A DNA stretch of 64,000 bases, from positions 62,520 through 126,519 of the IMG/VR virus record IMGVR_UViG_3300031951_000037; one strand, written 5' to 3'. The notes under the pieces were generated by a model, which did not search any database, was not told where the DNA came from, and saw only the letters and a program-made list of their open reading frames with translations. Below, piece by piece: positions 38,438 through 47,817 of this stretch. Each line of letters opens with the position of its first letter. Within the stretch, counting starts at the first letter, position 1. The stretch comes from a virus. The translations under genes were made by a program, and so were the position numbers.

Positions 38438-39538
38438 ATGTCTCAAATGTCCGATAATCTCACTATCACTTCTATTCAGGCCCGTAAGGCTATTCTCGCT
38501 GCGTTCAAGGCAAAGCGCCCTGTCTTCCTCTGGGGCCCTCCGGGTATTGGTAAGTCTGAATGCGTTCAGGAAATCACTGACGAACTCGGTGGCTACATGG
38601 TTGATCTTCGCATGGCGCAGATGGAACCGACTGACATTCGCGGTATCCCCTACTTCAACAAGGAAATCGGCAAGATGGATTGGGCCGAACCTGTTGATCT
38701 TCCCAGCGAAGAACTTGCCGCACAGTATCCGATCGTCGTTCTTTTCCTTGACGAAATGAACTCCGCTCCCCCTGCTGTTCAGGCTGCTGGTTATCAGCTT
38801 ATTCTGAACCGTCGTGTTGGTAAGTACAAGCTGCCTGATAACGTTGTTATCGTTGCTGCTGGTAACCGCGATAGCGACAAGGGTGTTACGTATCGTATGC
38901 CGATGCCGCTTGCTAACCGTTTCGTTCACCTTGAAATGCGTCCTGACTTCAACTCTTGGCAGCAGTGGGCTGTTAACAAGGGCGTTCACAAGGACGTTGT
39001 TGGTTATCTCTCGTTCGCTAAGCAGGATATGTACGACTTTGATGCTAAGGCTTCGTCTCGCGCCTTCGCTACCCCGCGTTCGTGGGTGTTCGTGAGTGAC
39101 CTGCTCACTGACGAGGACAACGTTGATAACGATACGCTGTTCAATCTCGTTGCTGGTGCTGTCGGTGACGGTCTCGCTACCAAGTTCATGGCACATCGTC
39201 GTGTTGCTGGTCAGATGCCGAACCCCGCTGACATTCTTGATGGTAAGGTCAAGGACCTTAAGGTCAAGGAAATCTCTGCGATGTATTCGCTTACGATTTC
39301 TATGTGCTACGAACTTAAGGAAGCACTTGACAACAAGCGTGTTGATAACAAGCAGTTCCACGTGATGGCTGATAACTTCTTTGAATACATCATGAAGAAC
39401 TTCGAAACTGAACTGGTTGTGATGGGTGCTAAGATTGCGCTTAAGACGTACCGTCTGCCGATTGAGCCCTCGCAGCTTTCTAACTTTGACGAGTTCCACA
39501 AGAAGTACGGTAAGTACATCGTGGAAGCTGGCAACTAA
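38438..39538 (+). CDS. MoxR-type AAA+ ATPase
   Basis: SD AAGGAG; GPPGIGKS (Walker A), LFLDEMN (Walker B), AAGNR, PLANRF. Confidence 0.9.
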   Translation: MSQMSDNLTITSIQARKAILAAFKAKRPVFLWGPPGIGKSECVQEITDELGGYMVDLRMAQMEPTDIRGIPYFNKEIGKMDWAEPVDLPSEELAAQYPIVVLFLDEMNSAPPAVQAAGYQLILNRRVGKYKLPDNVVIVAAGNRDSDKGVTYRMPMPLANRFVHLEMRPDFNSWQQWAVNKGVHKDVVGYLSFAKQDMYDFDAKASSRAFATPRSWVFVSDLLTDEDNVDNDTLFNLVAGAVGDGLATKFMAHRRVAGQMPNPADILDGKVKDLKVKEISAMYSLTISMCYELKEALDNKRVDNKQFHVMADNFFEYIMKNFETELVVMGAKIALKTYRLPIEPSQLSNFDEFHKKYGKYIVEAGN

Positions 39539-39551
39539 GTCAGCAAGCTCC

Positions 39552-39585
39552 GGGGGAGGGTTTGAGACAGCCCTCCCCCATTTTT
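39552..39585 (+). terminator. Intrinsic terminator
   Basis: GGGGGAGGG / CCCTCCCCC 9-bp stem followed by ATTTTT. Confidence 0.8.
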
Positions 39586-39598
39586 CGTAGGTATTAAT

Positions 39599-39799
39599 AT
39601 GAGCATAGCCACTTGCGCGGTTTGCGGTGTCCAAGTAGAAAGAACACTTCATCAATTCCCTACCCGTAAGTATCCGCACAATGCTCCCTACCTTGCCGCT
39701 CTATATCACCGAGATCCTTTTTGGGGAAATGGTGATTTTGAAGAATATTGCGGCCCTAAATGCGCTACAGAGGCTTTCTTAAAAAGCAAACAAGTATAA
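39599..39799 (+). CDS. Small Zn-binding hypothetical protein
   Basis: CAVC...CGPKC. Confidence 0.5.
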   Translation: MSIATCAVCGVQVERTLHQFPTRKYPHNAPYLAALYHRDPFWGNGDFEEYCGPKCATEAFLKSKQV

Positions 39800-39808
39800 A
39801 GTTTTTGG

Positions 39809-39837
39809 TTGACAATACCGCTTAGGTTTGTTATATT
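39809..39837 (+). promoter_or_regulatory. Sigma70-like early promoter
   Basis: GGTTGACA-N17-TATATT. Confidence 0.7.
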
Positions 39838-39862
39838 GTCTATATCAACTAAGGAGATTTCT

Positions 39863-41167
39863 ATGAGTGACGTTATTCCCGGTACTGCGACTAAGCCTAA
39901 GAAGGGCAAGCGTACCCGCAGCAAGAAGTTTGAAAATCTGATCGGCCCGACCGATCCTAAGATTGATCACGAAGCCCGTGAGCGTCTTATTACCGCTCGT
40001 ATTGGTCTCCTGCTTCGTCAAAGCTTTTTCGGCAATCTCGCTACTCGTTTACAGCTTGTAAACGCTGACGAGTGGTGCTCCACTGCTGCTACTGACGGTC
40101 TGCGTTTCTACTACAACAGTCGTTTTATCAAGATGCTTCGCACTAAGGAAGTTGAATTCCTTGTCGGTCACGAGGTCCTTCACGTTGTTTACGATCACCT
40201 TGGTCGTCGTGACAGCCGCGACCCTGAAATTTGGAACATCGCTAACGACTATGCTGTTAACGCTGACCTCAAGCGTCACAAGGTCGGTGAAATGATCACT
40301 ACTGTTCCTGCTCTCTATGAGCAGAAGTATGATGGTCTTGCATCCGAAGTCATTTATGACGACCTCATGAAGAACGTCAAGTACATTGATATTGACGAAC
40401 TCCTCGACAAGATGCTTGACGATCACCTTGAAGATGAAGGTCAGGGCGAGGGTGACGGCGAAGATAATGGTCAGCAGGGTAATGGTAAGCGTCCGCGGAT
40501 GAGCCCTGAGGAACGTGAACAAGCCCGTCAGGAAATGAAGCAGGCTATTCTCAACGCTGCACAGACTGCCGAAGCTGGTACTATCCCGCTGGGCGTTGAA
40601 CGTCTTATCAAGCAGCTTACTGATCCTGTCATGCCCTGGCGTGAACTGATCCAGACTAATCTGACCTCTGCTATCAAGTCTGATTACACTTGGATGCGTC
40701 CTTCTCGTCGTTCTTGGCACATGGATGCTGTTATGCCTGGTATGAATCCTGGTGAAGAAATTGACGTTGATATCTACATTGACATGTCAGGTTCTATCAG
40801 CAACAAGCAGGGTATGCAGTTCCTTAGCGAAGTCGCTGGTATGATGGAAGCGTTTGATGGTTACTCGCTCCGTGTCACTTGCTTTGATACTCGCTGCTAC
40901 AACACGCAGGAGTATACTAGTGAGAACATGGAGAACATTGAGGAGTATCAGCTTCACGGTGGTGGCGGCACCGACTTTGATAGCATCTTTGATGACCTCA
41001 AGGAAGCTGGTCGTGTCCCCAATCGTTTGATCGTCTTCACTGACGGTTATCCGTGCGGTAGCTGGGGCGATGCTGATTATTGTGATACGACTTGGATCAT
41101 TCACGGTGACCCCAATCCGAACCCGCCCTTCGGTACGTATGCTATCTATGACGACCATAAGAAGTAA
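39863..41167 (+). CDS. Metallopeptidase-vWA protein (DUF2201 family), MoxR partner
   Basis: SD AAGGAG; TAATDG, HEVLH (HExxH); vWA MIDAS DMSGS, GGGGTDF, VFTDG. Confidence 0.88.
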   Translation: MSDVIPGTATKPKKGKRTRSKKFENLIGPTDPKIDHEARERLITARIGLLLRQSFFGNLATRLQLVNADEWCSTAATDGLRFYYNSRFIKMLRTKEVEFLVGHEVLHVVYDHLGRRDSRDPEIWNIANDYAVNADLKRHKVGEMITTVPALYEQKYDGLASEVIYDDLMKNVKYIDIDELLDKMLDDHLEDEGQGEGDGEDNGQQGNGKRPRMSPEEREQARQEMKQAILNAAQTAEAGTIPLGVERLIKQLTDPVMPWRELIQTNLTSAIKSDYTWMRPSRRSWHMDAVMPGMNPGEEIDVDIYIDMSGSISNKQGMQFLSEVAGMMEAFDGYSLRVTCFDTRCYNTQEYTSENMENIEEYQLHGGGGTDFDSIFDDLKEAGRVPNRLIVFTDGYPCGSWGDADYCDTTWIIHGDPNPNPPFGTYAIYDDHKK

Positions 41168-41189
41168 TACGATAGCAAGTGTAGGGGCT

Positions 41190-41420
41190 ATGATATACGA
41201 GTCCCCGGACGGTGGAAAGACGATCTACGCAAGAGAGCGTGGGTCGTCTTACTGCGTTTTAGTCCGAAAAGACGATACCGTAGAGGAAATTAAACAGCTT
41301 CTTGCTAGACGAGACCGGCTTACTAAAATTTGTGAACTGGCTAAAACAGTTCCTGCATTAAACGATCAGCTAGAAAAGCTTGAAGAAATATATTTGTTGG
41401 TGAAAAATGAAAACAATTGA
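41190..41420 (+). CDS. Hypothetical protein
   Basis: MIYESPDGGKTIYAR...; start chosen at ATG 41190. Confidence 0.55.
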   Translation: MIYESPDGGKTIYARERGSSYCVLVRKDDTVEEIKQLLARRDRLTKICELAKTVPALNDQLEKLEEIYLLVKNENN

Positions 41421-41646
41421 CGATATCAACCTACACACATGGTTTATGGAACGTGAACTGGAGTTTAAGCCGGCGCACTTCATTGAGTCCAGCGTACCTG
41501 TTACCGAAGAATCTAAGGTTTGGATTCTAGAAAAGCTTACCGGAAGATTCACTTTAGGACCGGGCGCTGTCACTTTCTATAACGGTATGTTCCCCTCATT
41601 TGAAGATTCTAAAGAAGCACTGTTCTATGAACTTACGTGGGGTTAA
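41407..41646 (+). CDS. Small hypothetical protein (F-x-D/E...F-x-L-x-W family)
   Basis: C-terminus FEDSKEALFYELTWG. Confidence 0.55.
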   Translation: MKTIDDINLHTWFMERELEFKPAHFIESSVPVTEESKVWILEKLTGRFTLGPGAVTFYNGMFPSFEDSKEALFYELTWG

Positions 41647-41947
41647 CGCTACTACTGTTGTACAAGACGATGTTCCGTTTGAACCTGCGGCTCGGCGTAT
41701 ACTTACCTTTCAACGAGACCGCAGTAAACTTTATGTTGATAAAACACCATACCACTATGCCAATCCAATAATGTATTCATTTGCAGAGTTGGAAGAAATG
41801 GCTTATTGGTGCCATGATACCTTTGGTCATCGTGGCTATAGACAAAATACTATGGAACTTGTGTGGGACTTCAATGCTGATCCTTACTACATCTTTTGGT
41901 TTGAAGAAGAAAAGCATTTGATGATGTTTATACTACGCTGGTCATGA
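41627..41947 (+). CDS. Small hypothetical protein (same family); start uncertain
   Basis: C-terminus FEEEKHLMMFILRWS. Confidence 0.5.
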   Translation: MNLRGVNATTVVQDDVPFEPAARRILTFQRDRSKLYVDKTPYHYANPIMYSFAELEEMAYWCHDTFGHRGYRQNTMELVWDFNADPYYIFWFEEEKHLMMFILRWS

Positions 41948-42177
41948 CCACCGTACGAATCGGGTCTGGTATGGCAAAGAACGTACTGGAAGTGTTAGAA
42001 TGGCTTGACGAGAATATCGGTGAATTCCACCGCAGACATATGTCTACCTCATGGACCACATCCTACTACGGTGAAGGGTGGGAAGCACGCTGGCACTCCG
42101 CATGGCCAGGGTGGTTTATGGATGTGACATTTGATGACCCAAAACACGCCGTATTCTTCACTCTACGCTGGAAATAA
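41944..42177 (+). CDS. Small hypothetical protein (same family)
   Basis: C-terminus FDDPKHAVFFTLRWK. Confidence 0.55.
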   Translation: MTTVRIGSGMAKNVLEVLEWLDENIGEFHRRHMSTSWTTSYYGEGWEARWHSAWPGWFMDVTFDDPKHAVFFTLRWK

Positions 42178-42237
42178 AAATATTCTCCGAACAAATTAGC
42201 AATTAAATACAAATGCGAATTTACAAGGAGAACGCAA

Positions 42238-42945
42238 ATGGCTTTTTTAAGACACGTAGGGAAGCACGGTGATCGCAAGGTAGCGATTGTATTCCGTGAA
42301 GTACCAGGCGAGCCACATATGTGTTTAGTAGTATATACAGAACTACTCAACAGAAATATTCATGATCCGTTGGTAAAGTGCATTGAAAGTGACATTGGTC
42401 AGAACAGTAAGAACTTAGCCGACGCATTAAATCGTACACACACCACTGATGGTAACATCATCCTTCAGAAGCTTCACGCCGAAGGCATGTTAAAGAAGGT
42501 TAATACAGAACTTATCGTAATGACCCCTGCCCCCAACACTCAGATTAAGCTTAGTGAATTGAACACTATCCTTGACGAAATGGAAAAGGGCGAAGCAGCA
42601 GTTAAGAAGCTTGCTGAAATGGATAGTCAGCTTGGTATGCAGGATCCAGTTCAGGTTGCTAAGCGTATGCGCGGTGACATGATCACTGAAAGTGCTACAC
42701 GCAATGAAGTCCCGGCCGCTGCCCCATTGCAAGCATCAGGTGACGCATTAGGCGATGCAGCGATTGCTAACAACATTCGTCAACAGGCAATGAGAATGGC
42801 AGCAGAAGCTAGAGGTCTTCTAGCAGAATCGGAAAGAATGCTTAAGGAAGCTGATGCCCTTGCTCCCGCAGCCCCTGCTGTTAGTGCTACTCCAGTAGCA
42901 AAGAAGACACGTGGTAGACCAAAAAAGGTAGCTATTTCTGCATAA
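42238..42945 (+). CDS. Conserved-type hypothetical protein with C-terminal AT-hook-like motif
   Basis: SD AAGGAG; TTAAATA late-like motif at 42203; C-terminal KKTRGRPKK. Confidence 0.6.
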   Translation: MAFLRHVGKHGDRKVAIVFREVPGEPHMCLVVYTELLNRNIHDPLVKCIESDIGQNSKNLADALNRTHTTDGNIILQKLHAEGMLKKVNTELIVMTPAPNTQIKLSELNTILDEMEKGEAAVKKLAEMDSQLGMQDPVQVAKRMRGDMITESATRNEVPAAAPLQASGDALGDAAIANNIRQQAMRMAAEARGLLAESERMLKEADALAPAAPAVSATPVAKKTRGRPKKVAISA

Positions 42946-42955
42946 GGTAAAGTAA

Positions 42956-43252
42956 ATGTCCCCTGAATTTATTGAAAAGTGGGAAAGACTACTTGAAGAT
43001 GTTGACAAGCAGAAAATTCCAGTTGAGTTTATCAAAAAGATTATATTGAAGTTACAAGGCAGAAGACAGCACACTATCAATATACAGAGACTAATGGAAC
43101 AAGGACTTTACCCGGAAGAGATTGAAGATGTGATAAGCACTAAACTTATTGATCTTGACGAACTAGTAATAGGAATTGAATTTATACTTAATGTTGAGAG
43201 CATTGCAGAAACAGTGCAGCCCGAAACAGATAGATTATTGAATGGATTATGA
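42956..43252 (+). CDS. Hypothetical protein
   Basis: 98-aa ORF coupled to DHFR. Confidence 0.6.
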   Translation: MSPEFIEKWERLLEDVDKQKIPVEFIKKIILKLQGRRQHTINIQRLMEQGLYPEEIEDVISTKLIDLDELVIGIEFILNVESIAETVQPETDRLLNGL

Positions 43253-43719
43253 AACTAATAATAGCATGTGACCCAAATGGGGGTATAGGCTATGAAAACA
43301 GATTGCCCTGGAGTAATATCCAGGGCGATTTGCCAAGATTCAAGCGTTTAACAGAAGGACAAACTGTTATCATGGGACGCAACACTTGGGATAGCTTACC
43401 AAAGAAACCGTTACCAAAGAGGTATAACTTTGTCGTAACGAGCCAACAACTTGATATGCCAGAGCATTCAGAATGCATAACCTACGAAGAATTTACAGCC
43501 CCGTCTTGTTCTCTTAGGTTTAGTAGCACATGGTTGATAGGCGGCGCACAATTAGTCAATGCATGTTGGCCTCACATCACTGAAATACATCTAACAAACG
43601 TATACGACCATTATACTTGCGATACTCACATAGACCTGCTATATGTAGAAGCTAACTTTACTAGGGTTTGGAGCGAAGTGTTCCCTGATCATAGATATGA
43701 AATTTGGAAAAGAAAATGA
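43249..43719 (+). CDS. folA: Dihydrofolate reductase
   Basis: IGYENRLPW, DLPRFK, IMGRNTWDSLP, IGGAQL, CDT. Confidence 0.95.
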   Translation: MKLIIACDPNGGIGYENRLPWSNIQGDLPRFKRLTEGQTVIMGRNTWDSLPKKPLPKRYNFVVTSQQLDMPEHSECITYEEFTAPSCSLRFSSTWLIGGAQLVNACWPHITEIHLTNVYDHYTCDTHIDLLYVEANFTRVWSEVFPDHRYEIWKRK

Positions 43720-44546
43720 AACAGTACCACGATTTGCTTGAAGATATACTAAATAACGGTGAAGTCAAGGACGATAGAACTGGAGTCGGAACTATCAGCG
43801 TTTTTGGCCGTCAACTTAGATTTGATCTATCAAAAGGCTTCCCTGCTATTACTACTAAAAAATTAGCCTGGAAGTCAGTAAAAAGCGAATTACTTTGGTT
43901 TATAGAAGGGACAGGCGATGAGAGAAGACTTGCGGAAATTTTACACGGATCCAGAGATTCTACAAATAGCACTATCTGGACAGGAAATGCTCAAGCAACT
44001 TATTGGTTGCCCAAGGCCAAATACGACGGGGATTTGGGACGAGTATATGGTGTGCAGTGGAGAGACTGGCGAGGAGTTGACCAGCTCACAAAATTGATTG
44101 AGGGTATCAAGACTGATCCTAACGGTCGTAGACATATCATTACTGCATGGAATGTAGATGAACTTGATCAGATGGCATTGCCTCCCTGCCATGTTCTCGC
44201 ACAGTTCTATGTTAGCAACGGTAAGCTAAGCTGCCATATGTATCAGCGTAGTGTTGACGTATTCCTTGGCCTCCCCTTCAACATCGCTAGCTATGCGTTG
44301 CTTACTCATATGATTGCACAAGCATGTGACCTAAAGGTAGGTGAACTTATCATTTCAACTGGTGATACTCATATCTATAGCAATCATATTGAACAGGTTA
44401 AAGAACAGTTAAGCAGAGAAGAATACCCATTACCTGCTCTTTTCCTTAATCCCGAGATAAAAGATATTGACAAATTCGCAATGGATGATATACTGCTATT
44501 TGACTATCAGAGTCATGGAACTATTAAGGCTGATATGGCAGTATGA
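43716..44546 (+). CDS. thyA: Thymidylate synthase
   Basis: DRTGVGT, MALPPCH, YQRSVDVFLGLPFNIASY, GDTHIY. Confidence 0.97.
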   Translation: MKQYHDLLEDILNNGEVKDDRTGVGTISVFGRQLRFDLSKGFPAITTKKLAWKSVKSELLWFIEGTGDERRLAEILHGSRDSTNSTIWTGNAQATYWLPKAKYDGDLGRVYGVQWRDWRGVDQLTKLIEGIKTDPNGRRHIITAWNVDELDQMALPPCHVLAQFYVSNGKLSCHMYQRSVDVFLGLPFNIASYALLTHMIAQACDLKVGELIISTGDTHIYSNHIEQVKEQLSREEYPLPALFLNPEIKDIDKFAMDDILLFDYQSHGTIKADMAV

Positions 44547-44785
44547 CAATTACCGTAACCGCACACTGGTTTACAGTCGGTGATGTGGAAGACCCTGAAA
44601 TTTATGCGGCTGAGCCAATTTTTGAATGGCAGCAAACAGAAGCCGGTAAATGGGTTATGGAACATTCCAACCCAGCTCCTAGCTTTCACCAAATAGTTGA
44701 TTTCACAGAATGGGGAACCAGATACTGTATTAAATGCTACCTAACTCCTGAAAATTATACTTATTGGAAGTTGAAATACGAATGA
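44543..44785 (+). CDS. Hypothetical protein
   Basis: GDVEDPEIYAAEPIFEWQ; ATGA overlaps at both ends. Confidence 0.55.
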   Translation: MTITVTAHWFTVGDVEDPEIYAAEPIFEWQQTEAGKWVMEHSNPAPSFHQIVDFTEWGTRYCIKCYLTPENYTYWKLKYE

Positions 44786-45072
44786 AAACCCGTGAAGAAA
44801 TCATCAATAATATGTGCATGACCTTTCGTCATGATTACGGTCTTGAAATCAGTGAAGATGATAGAATGTACACACTTATGTCAGGCATGACTAAGCAGGA
44901 ACGTGAAGCATTATATCGTGATATGGAGCAGGTCTTTGATCACTGCTTTTCTTCTATCTTTACCGAGTTTCAAGGCGTGTATAACGGTTCTCTGATTACT
45001 ATGCCAAAAAACGAAGAACATGCTAAGGCCATGCTTAGAGTAGCACAGTTTTATTTGGACAACCAGGGATGA
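44782..45072 (+). CDS. Hypothetical protein
   Basis: ATGA overlaps at both ends. Confidence 0.55.
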   Translation: MKTREEIINNMCMTFRHDYGLEISEDDRMYTLMSGMTKQEREALYRDMEQVFDHCFSSIFTEFQGVYNGSLITMPKNEEHAKAMLRVAQFYLDNQG

Positions 45073-46034
45073 GAGTTCTAGTCACAGGTGGTATGGGCTT
45101 TATTGGGCATAACGTTGTTGCTCAATTAGAAGACATGGGGTATGACGATATCACACTTGTTGACAATTTTACTACATATGGAATCATTCCCGAAAATGAA
45201 TTAACTGCGTTGATGTTAGAGCGTCAATCACGTATTTCGTCTGTCTGTTATGAATATGATATTGCAGCATCGGCAGTGGAAACTGCGTTTAAAGCAAATA
45301 AGCCCGACCTTGTAATTCATCTTGCTAGTTTCCCTAGACAGAAGGTAGTCAATAGCAATCCTACACTAGCTGCCGACACGATGATGAAGGGCTTACTCAA
45401 TCTTTGTGAGTTGAGTTGCAAGTATCAGGTCAAGCGTTTTGTGTATGTCAGTAGTAGCATGGTCTATGGCGACTTCAAAGACGGCACTGATGAATATGCA
45501 TTCTGCAAGCCCCAAGGACAATATGCTATCATGAAGCTTGCAGGAGAGCAGCTTGTAAGAGACTACGGGCATCGTGGATGCTTTGATTATACAATCGTTC
45601 GCCCCAGTGCTGTGTATGGTCCGTGTGACGTTGAGGATAGAGTAGTATCAAAGTTTTTTATGACTGCGATGCGTGATGGTATTCTTAAGGTCAATGGGGA
45701 ACACGAGCGACTAGACTTTACGTATGTAACAGATACCGCCTCAGGCATCGTAGGAGCGTCTCTTAGTAAGGACACGGCGTTCAGAACATATAACATCACT
45801 CGGGGCGAATCTAGAACCTTACTTGAAGCAGCAACGCTTATCACAAAGATTGTTGGAAAGGGTAAGATTGAAGTAACGCATAAAAGCGAAGACTACCCAA
45901 GTCGCGGCACATTAAGCATCAACGCAGCACGTAGAGATTTTGAATTCAGCCCTACCATCAACATAGAAGAAGGATTTGTCAGGTACTATGAATACTTGGT
46001 TAATTCCCCATTTTGGTCTGAAAAGACAGTATAA
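45069..46034 (+). CDS. NAD-dependent nucleotide-sugar epimerase/dehydratase (extended SDR)
   Basis: TGGMGFIG, VSSSMVYG, YAIMK (YxxxK), RPSAVYGP, RLDFTYV. Confidence 0.92.
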   Translation: MRVLVTGGMGFIGHNVVAQLEDMGYDDITLVDNFTTYGIIPENELTALMLERQSRISSVCYEYDIAASAVETAFKANKPDLVIHLASFPRQKVVNSNPTLAADTMMKGLLNLCELSCKYQVKRFVYVSSSMVYGDFKDGTDEYAFCKPQGQYAIMKLAGEQLVRDYGHRGCFDYTIVRPSAVYGPCDVEDRVVSKFFMTAMRDGILKVNGEHERLDFTYVTDTASGIVGASLSKDTAFRTYNITRGESRTLLEAATLITKIVGKGKIEVTHKSEDYPSRGTLSINAARRDFEFSPTINIEEGFVRYYEYLVNSPFWSEKTV

Positions 46035-47085
46035 TAATCTTCAAGAGGAGTTGCTAGATGCAACTCACGAAGCCCTAAAAGAAGGGACATTAGTTAACGG
46101 ACCTTTCACGGCTTCTTTTGAATCTTGGCTTAGAGATTACACTGGATGTAAGTTTGCTACTGTTACTCACAGTGGTACTCAGGCGCTAGAATTCATCGCT
46201 GGCTATCACTACGATCTAAGCTTTTTGGCAGGGTATGATGACCCTCCTAAAATACGTATTCCTAATTTAACTTATCCAGCAACACTCAACGCTTTCTATA
46301 CGACTGGTTGGGAAATTGAATTAGTTGACACTGATAACAATGGATTGATCAAGGTTGACAGTTATGAAGATAACCTGGATACTCATACTTGTTTTGTAGG
46401 ACTATACGGCGCAACTGGAAATAGAGCATTCTATTCGCCTATAATCGTAGATGGTGCCCAGCACTGGCTATCTACTACTAAGGATCAAGTGGGTGATGGT
46501 ATGGCTATCAGCTTTGACCCAACTAAGAACTTGCCTAGCAGCGGCAATGGCGGCGCCGTAGTGACGAATGATGAAGCGTTGTATGATTGGGTAAACGTTA
46601 TGAAGAATAACGGCAAACCAGACCATTTCTACTCTGGATCAAACAGTAAGATGAGCGAACTAGAGTGCAGTCATTTGTTGGTAAGAGCAAAGTACATTGA
46701 TGCTTGGCAATTGCGTAGATATGATATTAGAAAATACTATTTGAAGCAGTTTGATGAGTTGCCAATCAAATGCTTAAGCCGCGGATTTCATGCGGGCCGC
46801 GGATTAAACTGTCACGCTGACCAAAAGTTCGTCATTTACACTAGTGATAGAAATGATTTGTTGAACTATCTACTAGACAATGGAATTGAAGCCAAAGTGC
46901 ATTACCCATACGCACTTTCTGAACTTCCTATATCAAAGGATATCGTCAGCAAGCCCGATCTTATTAGCACTAGCGTAGCATTATCTAGAGGATTGCTAAG
47001 TCTTCCTATCTATCCTGAACTATCAGATAGTGAAATTGAAACTATTGCAGATAAGGTAAAGGAATTTTATTCCAATCATAAATAA
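45988..47085 (+). CDS. DegT/DnrJ/EryC1/StrS PLP-dependent sugar aminotransferase
   Basis: HSGTQAL, DGAQ, SFDPTKNL (PLP Lys), NSKMSE, LSLPIYPEL. Confidence 0.92.
   Translation: MNTWLIPHFGLKRQYNNLQEELLDATHEALKEGTLVNGPFTASFESWLRDYTGCKFATVTHSGTQALEFIAGYHYDLSFLAGYDDPPKIRIPNLTYPATLNAFYTTGWEIELVDTDNNGLIKVDSYEDNLDTHTCFVGLYGATGNRAFYSPIIVDGAQHWLSTTKDQVGDGMAISFDPTKNLPSSGNGGAVVTNDEALYDWVNVMKNNGKPDHFYSGSNSKMSELECSHLLVRAKYIDAWQLRRYDIRKYYLKQFDELPIKCLSRGFHAGRGLNCHADQKFVIYTSDRNDLLNYLLDNGIEAKVHYPYALSELPISKDIVSKPDLISTSVALSRGLLSLPIYPELSDSEIETIADKVKEFYSNHK
47078..47084 (+). promoter_or_regulatory. Late promoter motif ATAAATA
   Basis: 5 nt upstream of ATG 47090; no SD. Confidence 0.6.
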
Positions 47086-47089
47086 TAGC

Positions 47090-47551
47090 ATGAACGTTTA
47101 TTGGCTAATTGCATTAATACCTACATGGGTTATCTTTACACTTCTTATTGCAGGCGCAGTAGGACTATTTGTCGCATTCTTTGTTGGTAGAATACCCTTT
47201 ATCAAGCAATATAATTTTCCAATCAAGCTAGTTTCCACTATTTTGCTAATCTGCGGCGTATACTTGCAAGGTGCCGCAGCATATAAACAAAGCGTAGCTG
47301 TTGAAGTAGCAGAACTCAAGGTTAAGCTGGCAGAAGCAGAAGCTAAGGGTGCAAAAACTAACACAGAAATCGTTGAAAAGATTGTTAAAGATACCCAGGT
47401 CATTCGTGAAAAAGGTAGAACAATCACTGAATATGTTGACAGAGAAGTTATCAAGTATAACAACAGATGTGAGCTTCCGGCAGAAGTAATCAATGCACAC
47501 AATGCAGCAGCTACATTAGATCCTAGCAAGCTTGAGGGAGAAAAGAAGTGA
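47090..47551 (+). CDS. Inner-membrane spanin (Rz-like)
   Basis: N-terminal TM helices then coiled coil; EVIKYNNRCELP; overlaps the downstream lipoprotein gene. Confidence 0.7.
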   Translation: MNVYWLIALIPTWVIFTLLIAGAVGLFVAFFVGRIPFIKQYNFPIKLVSTILLICGVYLQGAAAYKQSVAVEVAELKVKLAEAEAKGAKTNTEIVEKIVKDTQVIREKGRTITEYVDREVIKYNNRCELPAEVINAHNAAATLDPSKLEGEKK

Positions 47552-47817
47552 AGAAATTAGTGATTCTTCCACTTTTCCTATTAGCAGGATGTGCAGTACA
47601 TGTAGAGCCTGTAAATCCTAAGTTTCCAGAAGCACCCGCAACCCTACAAGAAAAATGCGCTCAACTCAAAGAAGCAACTGAGGGAATGTCTCTCACTGAG
47701 TTTACTAAAGTTGTAATTGAAAACTATGTTTTGTACCACGAATGCAGCCGAAAAGTTGACGGTTGGCAAGAGTGGTATGCTAAACAAAAAGCGATATTTG
47801 AAAACGCTACCAAATAA
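47548..47817 (+). CDS. Outer-membrane spanin lipoprotein (Rz1-like)
   Basis: Lipobox LAGC; Pro-rich PKFPEAP; conserved Cys residues. Confidence 0.75.
   Translation: MKKLVILPLFLLAGCAVHVEPVNPKFPEAPATLQEKCAQLKEATEGMSLTEFTKVVIENYVLYHECSRKVDGWQEWYAKQKAIFENATK

Noticed and set aside
38417-39679. 420-aa minus-strand ORF opposite the MoxR gene (also 40049-40720 and 61084-61854)
   Set aside because: Codon-aligned shadows of + strand genes that lack TTA/CTA/TCA codons. No recognisable motifs and no minus-strand promoter or SD.
43716-44546. Group I intron or intein in thyA (as in T4 td), terL or uvsX
   Set aside because: All three are uninterrupted ORFs of normal length with no intein terminal motifs.
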